Source of the DNA: Naegleria gruberi
Taxonomy: Eukaryota
Length of the DNA stretch: 64,000 nucleotides
NCBI GenBank assembly: GCA_000004985.1
Contig: GG738928.1
Reading direction: 5' to 3' (one strand)
The stretch's first letter is position 1, and every line of letters starts with the position of its first letter. Shown one piece after another: positions 55,952-64,000 of this stretch. The notes beneath the pieces were generated by a model. The model did not search any database. It was not told where the DNA came from and worked only from the letters and a program-made list of their open reading frames with translations. A program made the position numbers and the translations under genes.

Positions 55952-56799
55952 CACCTAAATGGATTAGTAGTTTNTGATATGTTCAATAAAAATCAAACTT
56001 TCTACATTTTTCTTACAATATTAGACTTAATATATGGAATTTGTTAAAAGAAATAATGACTGTTTCAAATAATTGCATTCAATATTAAAATTACAATTGA
56101 AGAAATGTAAAATCACAATAAGACATTCACAATTCAAGCTCACCAACAAGTAACATTGTGAAAGTCAAAGAGAGTTGAGTTACTAATTTCCCTATTTATA
56201 AAGGTGGAAAACAAGGTTTTTAATTGATACTTAGTATCAATTTTGATATAATTTCTCACAAGTTGGAAAATTACAGTTCTATTCATCTATTTTTCTATTT
56301 ATGATACTAATATCCGGGAATGATGTATTTAAATTGTTGTACTGAAATTGGCACATAGGGTAGCTTACAATCGCTTGTAAAACATTCCACTCACTCGCAA
56401 GCAATTAAAACCAAATGAATCACTTCACAACTTTTTCAAAGAAATCAATTCAAATAAGCTCCATAATTTAAAAAACATCTTTCCTATGTGAAATTCTCCT
56501 ACTCCTAGCTCTCATAGGATGAGTTCCAATATTTGGTCAAGTGGTTGTTGTCCTTAGTGAGAAGAAGGTTATTACTAATTTAGTTTATTGGTTATTGAAA
56601 TTGTAATTTAACAATATTAAATATAAATATTATGATCTACTAAATCCACTACAAATACCAATTTTAGAATATAATTTCATTGCTCTAACCAATTATATCC
56701 ACAACCCTTACATATTGAAATAACAAATATAAACACATTTACACACATGTTAAAATAGTTCAATAATAATTTCATCATGAAAAACAATTATAGAACAAA

Positions 56800-57294
56800 T
56801 TATTTATTTTTTTTAAATAATTCTAAAATATTTTTAAAATAATAAAAAATTATTAAAATTAAATTTGGTAATAAAGATAATTTTACAAATATATTATTAT
56901 TATAAACAGTTAAAAATAATAAATTATAAACATATAAATAACTAATTAAAGTAAATAAACCAATAAATAAATTTAAAATAAATTTCTTATTAAAATAAAA
57001 AATATAAAATAATAAAATTAAAATTGAAATTATAAAATAAATAAAACTTTCAAGATGAAATTGTCTAACAAGTATTTTATCCAAACTTGGTAATAATTTT
57101 AAATTCATTGGTAATGGTTTTGTAAAATAAATTCCCAAAGTAAAAAATAAACTTGTAAAAAAGTGTAAAATCATGAATAAATATTCTTTCATTAATATTT
57201 TTGTATTTCCTATTAAAAGATATAAAAATAATGTTAAATATATTAAAATAAATGATGAAAATGTAAATATTGAAAGACTTGTTATGGAAAACAT
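56800..57294 (-). CDS. Putative small multi-pass membrane protein (164 aa, extremely Phe/Leu/Ile/Tyr-rich)
   Basis: 495-nt open frame inside a ~90% AT region, where random stop-free runs of this length are very unlikely. ATG in AAAATG context. Four or five hydrophobic helices. No family recognised. Confidence 0.35.
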   Translation of the reverse strand: MFSITSLSIFTFSSFILIYLTLFLYLLIGNTKILMKEYLFMILHFFTSLFFTLGIYFTKPLPMNLKLLPSLDKILVRQFHLESFIYFIISILILLFYIFYFNKKFILNLFIGLFTLISYLYVYNLLFLTVYNNNIFVKLSLLPNLILIIFYYFKNILELFKKNK

Positions 57295-57707
57295 TTTAAA
57301 AGATTATGATAATTATATATTATTAATGATGATGATGGTAATGATGGTATGAATGATATGATAACGATGGTGATGATTGTATTTTAATACTATAATAATT
57401 TAATCAGTGATGAAGTATGATGATTGTATAAATTATCTTTAGAGTCAAAGATGATATGATGTTCCGAATTTTTTTTAATATTATTTTCATCAACAATCAA
57501 ATTTTTCCATTTCATACAACAAACTTGAACCTTAATAATACTACAACAACAACTAGTGGCACAACAATCAAACATTCAATTTGTAATTCATTCATATTCT
57601 ATCGATTGATTGATTAATTAATTCATACTATTTTATTATCATTTTACAAATATATACTACTACTACTATATATATATTAACTTGTTTACCATATATTTCC
57701 ATTATAA

Positions 57708-58733
57708 TTAAAGATATTCTTGTAAAATAGATGGTTTAAAACGTATAACAATAACCGAAATATTATCAGTACTACCCTTATCATAGGCTAATTCACGTAA
57801 AGTAATAGAGGCTTGAACAGGATCATTTTCATATCTGACACTTGTTACAACTTCCTCCTCACTAACATAATCCCATAAACCATCACAAGCTACAACAATA
57901 AATTCATCTCTATCAAACATAAAATCCATAACCATTGTACTTGCATCTGATATAATATAGGGATGAAGTGATTTATCACCAATTGCTCTCGTAATTGCTA
58001 AACATGCATTAACACGATTACCATATATAGTACCACCTGCATCTTTAACTCTTCTACGTTCATCAATTTCACTTGGTCTATGATCAACTGTTAATCTAAT
58101 AGGTTCACCACTTCTACATAATACAATTCTAGAATCACCTACATTACCAATATAGGCTATTTTTTCATCTATATATGGTATATATATAATTGAGGCTGTA
58201 CTTCCATCTCTATCATTTCCTTTACATACATTTTCATTAATTTCTAAAAATGTTTCACGTATTAAAAGTGGAATTACTTCACGTTTTGAAAGTGAATGTA
58301 AACAAATTTCATCAATTGATTCTTCTGTTGTTTTTTGTTCTCTTTCTTTATATTTTAAATGTTCTCTCAATTTACATAATAATAAATTACTCTTTTCAAT
58401 AGCTAATTCAATCAATTCTGAATATCTCATTGTATATATTTCTTCTCTTTCTTTTTCATTTAATAATCCATAATAACTTTCTATATTTATATTATTTAAT
58501 ATTGAACTTAAATCATATGAATCATTATATCCATTCTTATGAGAATTATTAGAATTATACATATTATGAGAATGATTCATATTAGAATTATTCATATTAA
58601 CATCTAAATCTTGTAATAATTTCTTAATATCTAAAAATTGTTCATAAATATTTAATTTTTCCTTAAATAAAACATGTAAATGTTCAGAAACATATTTAGA
58701 AGTATTTGAACCAACATGTCCATCACTTGTTAT
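57708..58733 (-). CDS. PP2C-family phosphatase, exon 2 of 2
   Basis: Proposed 43-nt intron (58734-58776) GTATGT…CAATTAG joins to ITSDGHVGSNTSKYVSEHL (motif 2, DGHGG-like). Then GNVGDSR, VNACLAITRAIGD, ACDGLWD, GSTDNISV. Alternative reading is a +1 frameshift at 58723-58726 instead of an intron. Confidence 0.6.
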   Translation of the reverse strand: MTSDGHVGSNTSKYVSEHLHVLFKEKLNIYEQFLDIKKLLQDLDVNMNNSNMNHSHNMYNSNNSHKNGYNDSYDLSSILNNINIESYYGLLNEKEREEIYTMRYSELIELAIEKSNLLLCKLREHLKYKEREQKTTEESIDEICLHSLSKREVIPLLIRETFLEINENVCKGNDRDGSTASIIYIPYIDEKIAYIGNVGDSRIVLCRSGEPIRLTVDHRPSEIDERRRVKDAGGTIYGNRVNACLAITRAIGDKSLHPYIISDASTMVMDFMFDRDEFIVVACDGLWDYVSEEEVVTSVRYENDPVQASITLRELAYDKGSTDNISVIVIRFKPSILQEYL

Positions 58734-58776
58734 CTAATTGAGCATAATCATGTTGTCTAAATGTTAATTCACATAC

Positions 58777-59445
58777 AAGTGCATCTTCCATTGTTGATCT
58801 TCTTCCTTGTTTTTCAGCATAACCTGATAATAACCAATCATTTTCTAATAATTCAGATTGAATAGGTTCAACACGTTGTTGATTACCTTTGTTTTTTTGT
58901 GCACGTCTATCAGCCTTTCTTTGATTCCTTTGTGAAGCCATTCTTTCTATAGCTTCATAGGTTTGACTACTTGGTGATGATGATTGTAATGTTGTATTAT
59001 TACTACTAATCACTGTTATTGTTTGTGAATGTGTTGTTGTTGTTGGTGATGATGAAGAGGATGAAGAGGATGAAGAGGATGATGAAGTAGATGAAGATGA
59101 TGAGGCTACTGATGATAATGATAGATTTATATTTTTAGGCTTTGTTTTAGGTGAATCATCGGAAATTGTTGGTGAATCAATGAGTGGTGAATCACTATCC
59201 ATTAATGATGATGATGAAGAAGAAGATGAATTAGTATCAATAGTTGTAACTGATGGAGAATCATCAGTAATAATAACATTATTTGGTGATTGATCAAATA
59301 TTTCCTCATTATTATTCTTGTTATTAACTCCTTCCATTATATTAATAATGAGTGGTGATTTTGCATCGGCAGAATCTTCTATCAGTTGATTAAAATTTAA
59401 ATTAATATTATCATTGTTGGGTCCTTTCTTTTTGCTTTCATTCAT
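58777..59445 (-). CDS. PP2C-family Ser/Thr phosphatase, exon 1 of 2 (Ser-rich N-terminus and motif 1)
   Basis: ATG at 59445. Long poly-Ser tract. Ends …GYAEKQGRRSTMEDAL | GTATGT (PP2C motif 1, R-x-x-MED). Confidence 0.6.
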
Positions 59446-59564
59446 TTTTTTATTTTGAATTTAATTTTTATATTTGATTTATCTCGTTAACACAATTCGA
59501 ACAATTCTAAGTACGACGATGAGCAAATAAGAAAATCATTTTAATAAACAAAAATTGTAAAAAT

Positions 59565-60699
59565 TTACAAAGATTCATAGGCACTACCAGTAGTACTACT
59601 TGTTGGATCGACTGTAGATAATTGGAAGTACTTTCTTGCCAATTGATACCACAAAGCAATGAACATGACAAGATATGAAATCAAGTCAATTGAAAGAGAT
59701 AAACCTTCAATCCATTTAGCTCTATGTGAAACTGGAATAGCAAATGAAATTGAAACAATGAGTGGTAAACTAATGAACCATAAACTATATAATAAACCAA
59801 TAACCTTATAGAATACCTTCTTCAATTTGTTAGTTTCTTCTTGATGAGTCTTGAATAAAACAAAGATAAAGAAAGCCATAGCAGGAATTCTCATAACACT
59901 AATAATAATACCTGGAATAGTATCATAAATATAATCTTCAGTATTAACAACAAATATTAATTCAATTTGAGCCCAAGCATATAAAGCAATATAGAAAACA
60001 CCAAAGAAAATCCAAACACCAACAGTTTGTTTAAAGTAACGAATATATGAAGTAGTAATAGTCCAACCAGAAGCAAGTAAATATAACAAGACTAACATTA
60101 AAAAGTCACCTAATAATTTAAGACCAACTGCCAAATCATCAAAGAATGGAATACCAACACCATCAGCTCCATAAACAAACAAGTGAATCATTTCAACAAC
60201 TCTACCCAACCAATAAACAACTAAACTTGAATAAAAAACTCTAATAATTAAATGGAATGATTTGTGTCTAATCAATTGAACAATTGAAATAATATAAGCA
60301 AATACCATAATTGTATAAAATGGAACAAAAGCAATATGAACTTCAAGAATACCTTGTCTATCCTTAGAGAATTGCTTAGTAAAGAAACCACCTGGATTAG
60401 TCCATTTGAAATCCAATTCAATATATTCTGGACCAGAATCTGTAACTTCTCTTTCACAAGCATCCAAAGCCATATACCATGTGTGAATACTAGCTGATTC
60501 ATCAATCAAAATACTAAATTCAGGATAAGTATCAAGTGGGAATGTTTGTTTAGCAAACTTTCTCAGATGTGTGCAATTAACCTTTCCATTGTTTGAATTA
60601 ATATAATTTTGCAAGGCTGGCCAATAACCAGATTCATCATCATATAACGAAACATAGAGATTTTTAAGAGCAGTTGGATCTTGTTTCTTAATATTATTT
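59565..60699 (-). CDS. GPR180/TMEM145-like 7TM protein, exon 2 of 2
   Basis: 231-nt intron (60700-60930) ending TTGAATAG. ~110-aa luminal domain then seven hydrophobic helices (FYTIMVFAYIISIV … LISYLVMFIALWY). Family call by overall architecture only. Confidence 0.5.
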
Positions 60700-60930
60700 C
60701 TATTCAATTGTTATTATTATTATTGTTATGGTGATGATAGTAAAAAGAATTATGGTCGGTGGTAAGTGTTTGATCAAAAGGAATTAGATTTTTTGATGAA
60801 CCGAGATTTATAATCGGATGATGATGATGACGATAATAATTAACATATAAATTCGAATACAGCAGAGCGGAAGGTTAAATGATGAAATAATATTAATAGT
60901 AAACATATTTGTGAGTTTAAATATACTTAC

Positions 60931-61124
60931 AATTGCCAAGTAATATAACCTGGTTCCTTCATACCCATGTTATCAAAAACAAATGAATCCAACCAAATCC
61001 ATTGATGATTCAATGATTGTTTTTCAAAAGTAAAAGTGGTGAGTTTACCTTCAACAACACTATAAATTTGCAACAAAACCACAAGCGCTAAAAACACGCC
61101 AATAATCTTTGAGGCTGGTTTCAT
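60931..61124 (-). CDS. GPR180/TMEM145-like 7TM protein, exon 1 of 2 (signal peptide)
   Basis: ATG 61124, signal peptide MKPASKIIGVFLALVVLLQIYSVVEG. Ends …YITWQL | GTAAGT, phase 2. Confidence 0.55.
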
Positions 61125-61902
61125 TTTTTTTCTAATTCACAAAGGAGGTCACACAGCAACAACTCCTCACAACAGCGCTGAAACTCACAAGTAAGCGAGA
61201 AATGGAAAGCTTATTTGTTGTTATCATTTCAAACATCAACAATATGACCTTCCGTTTACAAGATCATTTAGGAACAATATCAATGGTACATGCAATATCT
61301 TTCCTAAATGATGATAATAACAAAAGGTGTGAAAATTAAAGAATCTTTTTATCAACCATACGATAGTCGTTGATGGAATATTACAAAAATTTTTGATAAG
61401 GGGCGATATCTTGCATGTTTTGATTCCATTAAGGATACATGGAATGTTCCACATTGTTATTAAAAACAATAATTAACCAAACTTCTCAAAATATTTATAT
61501 TAACCTATATTCCTTGTAGTGTTAACAGATTTTCATTGTAGAAATCAAATAGAAATTGAATGGGGCAAAGATTCTCTCTGTTATAATAATAACTATCAAC
61601 ATCAATAGAGTACAAAACTTCATGAAATCAAATCTCCTCATGTATTCATGTAAAAATTATATATTCTCATCTCTCATAATAGTAATCATAAAGAAATCAT
61701 CTCCTCAATTCAATCATAGTCTACACTCCTCTTAAAGATAAACTTTCCCGCCAAAATCTTGTGTAGGAGTTTGATTAAAAAAAAATCTAAACATCACCTG
61801 CTCTGTTACACGTGACAGTTTTTTAATTACTACCATATCCATGTATGTGTTTTTTAAAGATATCCTATTATTTATACAATCAATATGAATAGATAACACA
61901 AA

Positions 61903-63135
61903 ATGGCTAAAAAGAAGAATAATAATAAGAATAAGAATTCAGCCTCTTCGGCAACAACACCAGTTTCACCAGTGAGTGAAGTCAGTGAGGATAATAGTAT
62001 TGAAGAAACTGTTACATCATCAACAACAATGGAAGAGGAACAAACAGTATCAACAACAACTCAAGAATCTACAATTGATGAAGCCTCCACAATAACTTCT
62101 ACCACTGAACAACAAGAAGAAGAAGAAGCCTCTGATAAAATTCAACAACCTGAAGAAGTAAATTCATCATCTACAACAACAGCCATTGTTACTGAAGGAA
62201 TACCAACAACTAACACTGTTGAAACATCTGATTCTATTACTACTACTAATACTAATACTACTACTATTGATAATAACATTCCAACAAGTAGTACAACAAC
62301 AACAACAATTGAAGAAGAAGAAGAAAAAACAAATCAAAAAAGTGAAGAAGAAATTATAACAGAAGAAATTGAAAAATTAAAAGAAGATTTAACTGATCGT
62401 GTTAAAGTAGTAAGAGAAGAATTAGAATTACAATATGAAATTGAAATTAAAAAATTACAAATTGATCATCAAGAATCTTTAAAAAAACAATTAGATTTAT
62501 ATGAAAATAAGATTAATTCACTTGTTGAAACTCATAAATATGAAATTGAACAATTAAATGCTCAATTAAAACAAAAAGATGAAGAAAATTTAAATGAATT
62601 GGAAAATATTAAATTATTAGAAATTAAATTACAAGATCAATTAAATGAAAATAATTCTAAAGATTTAATAATTAATAATTTAAATAATAATATTGAAAAT
62701 TTAAATAATAATATTAATAATTTAAAAAATGAAATTGAAATTAAAAAATCTGAATTAAAAGAAAAAAATGAAAATTCAAATGAATTAAATGAAACTATTA
62801 AAAAACATTTAGAAAAAATTCAAAATTTAGAAAGAGAAGAATTAAATTCATTACAAAAAATTAATCATTTAAATCAACAATTAAAAACAACAAGTGAAAA
62901 GAATTCTGAATATGAAAATAGAATTTTACAATTAGAAGAAGAATTAAAATCACAAAAAGAAAATGAAACAATTATTTTACATAAATATTATCATCATGCT
63001 TTATTAGCTGTAAAATTAACTTTATCAAATATTAATTTTTCAGTTCCAGATTTGTTAGATGATTGTATTAAAGAACAAGTTAAAGAAGAAGATTTAGATT
63101 CTTGGATTACAAAGAAATTAGAATTACAAAATTAA
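61903..63135 (+). CDS. Coiled-coil protein (acidic/Thr-rich N-terminus, ~250-aa heptad region)
   Basis: Single 410-aa ORF with ATG at 61903. EEIEKLKEDLTDRVKVVREELELQYEIEIKKLQ… continuous heptads. No enzymatic motif. Confidence 0.55.
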   Translation: MAKKKNNNKNKNSASSATTPVSPVSEVSEDNSIEETVTSSTTMEEEQTVSTTTQESTIDEASTITSTTEQQEEEEASDKIQQPEEVNSSSTTTAIVTEGIPTTNTVETSDSITTTNTNTTTIDNNIPTSSTTTTTIEEEEEKTNQKSEEEIITEEIEKLKEDLTDRVKVVREELELQYEIEIKKLQIDHQESLKKQLDLYENKINSLVETHKYEIEQLNAQLKQKDEENLNELENIKLLEIKLQDQLNENNSKDLIINNLNNNIENLNNNINNLKNEIEIKKSELKEKNENSNELNETIKKHLEKIQNLEREELNSLQKINHLNQQLKTTSEKNSEYENRILQLEEELKSQKENETIILHKYYHHALLAVKLTLSNINFSVPDLLDDCIKEQVKEEDLDSWITKKLELQN

Positions 63136-63269
63136 ATATTTTAATATTTATAATTATAAATAAAAAAAAACAATTTAAATTATTAAATCATAATGTGTTT
63201 TAAATTGTTGTTGATGAAGAAGAATATTTCAAAAGTTTAAATTATTATTAAATAAATTATTAATCAATT

Positions 63270-64000
63270 TTATCGTTCATTTATTTGATCATCAGATTCA
63301 TAACCAGATAATTGATTTAATTGATTATTATTATTTGGAAGTATAATTTCATTTAAAATTGTATTTAATTGATATTTTAATTCATCTTTAAATTGTTGTT
63401 GATTTATAATATTTGAATTATTATTTAAATTATTATTTAAATTATTTAATTTAAATTCAATTAAATGATTTAAAATATTTTTTAAAAAAGCATGATCATT
63501 TCCATGTAAAGAAATAAATAAATTATTAAATAATTCTAATAAATTATTATTTAAATCAATATTACTATATATATTAATTAAAGTACGTAACCATAAATCT
63601 AATTCATCTTGAGATGAACAACTCCATTCACTAATTTCACCATTTATAGTTTTAATTTCAAATCTAAATTTTAAATCATTATTTTCATTTTGTAATCTTT
63701 TTATACTTGTTATACTATTTATATCTATTATATTATATTTGGAATTTGAATCATTTCTATAATATAATTTACTTCTTTTAATTTTAACTTTGGTTTTTTG
63801 ATATCCAATTCCATTTTTACGTTTTTTAAATAAATTCCTTTTAAATCATATTTAATTATATTTTCATTTTTTTTAAAATTATTAAAATTATTATTATTTA
63901 AATTATTACTATTTATATTATTATTATTTATATTAATAATTGTATTTCTTGTTTGTTGTAAATTATTATCACTAATAGTTTGTCTATGAGTATTAAATTC
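63270..64000 (-). CDS. PH-domain protein, 3' part (gene continues 5' beyond window end); absent from the ORF track; apparent 1-nt frameshift at an A6/T6 homopolymer near 63825-63830
   Basis: Minus-strand frame from about 63846 to stop 63270-63272 reads …FKKRKNGIGYQKTKVKIKRSKLYYRNDSN…EISEWSCSSQDELDLWLRTL… (PH-domain pattern with C-terminal helix Trp). It has no ATG, TTG or GTG, so it is not in the track. A different frame is open from 64000 down to 63745 (…NENIIKYDLKGIYLKN…). Adding one A in the run gives a continuous GIYLKKRKNGIGYQ…. Confidence 0.5.

Overview
This window looks like AT-rich (roughly 70% AT) eukaryotic nuclear DNA from a draft assembly. It contains two 50-N gap placeholders, isolated n bases, and several apparent 1-nt indels. 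It is gene-dense, with about 35 protein-coding genes on both strands and many short GT-AG introns (35-100 nt, GTAAGT/GTATGT donors, AT-rich, ending (T)nAG). Start codons sit in A-rich contexts, and many proteins carry Asn/Ser/Thr/Gln homopolymer tracts. Together these features fit a dictyostelid-like amoebozoan, not a prokaryote. The supplied ORF track accepts TTG/GTG/CTG as starts, so many of its 'M' residues are not real starts. Several listed ORFs are internal exons, and at least one real exon (63270-64000, minus strand) is missing from the track because it has no start codon. All exon coordinates I give may be off by 1-2 nt.

Genes I can support, in window order:
- RasGEF, 3' part only
- secreted protein with a GPI-anchor-like C-terminus
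- ubiquitin-conjugating E2 domain fused to leucine-rich repeats (LRR)
- two separate 7TM proteins with C-terminal RGS domains, one of them adhesion-GPCR-like (NHL + EGF + GPS motif)
- receptor-type protein kinase with a beta-helix ectodomain and a 6-nt microexon
- two tandem eIF4E-family genes
- mitochondrial-type tyrosyl-tRNA synthetase
- class-I glutamine amidotransferase
- three F-box proteins, one with near-identical LRR units
- hybrid histidine kinase
- divergent, 5'-truncated di-ubiquitin-like gene
- CBP20 (NCBP2)
- about 5.6 kb mucin-like membrane protein with 640-730-bp tandem repeats
- VPS37-like ESCRT-I subunit
- ARPC1
- TCAB1/WRAP53
- SART3/Prp24-like protein
- PP2C phosphatase
- GPR180/TMEM145-like 7TM protein
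- coiled-coil protein
- PH-domain protein

RNA genes: tRNA-Phe(GAA), a tRNA-Met(CAU)-like sequence with acceptor-stem mismatches, and a solitary 5S rRNA gene lying between protein-coding genes. Repeats: a 31-bp minisatellite, a 27-bp direct repeat in a promoter, and a MITE-like inverted-repeat pair.

The most unusual content is the pair of 7TM-RGS genes and the E2-LRR fusion. All homology calls rest on motif recognition by eye; no database search was possible.
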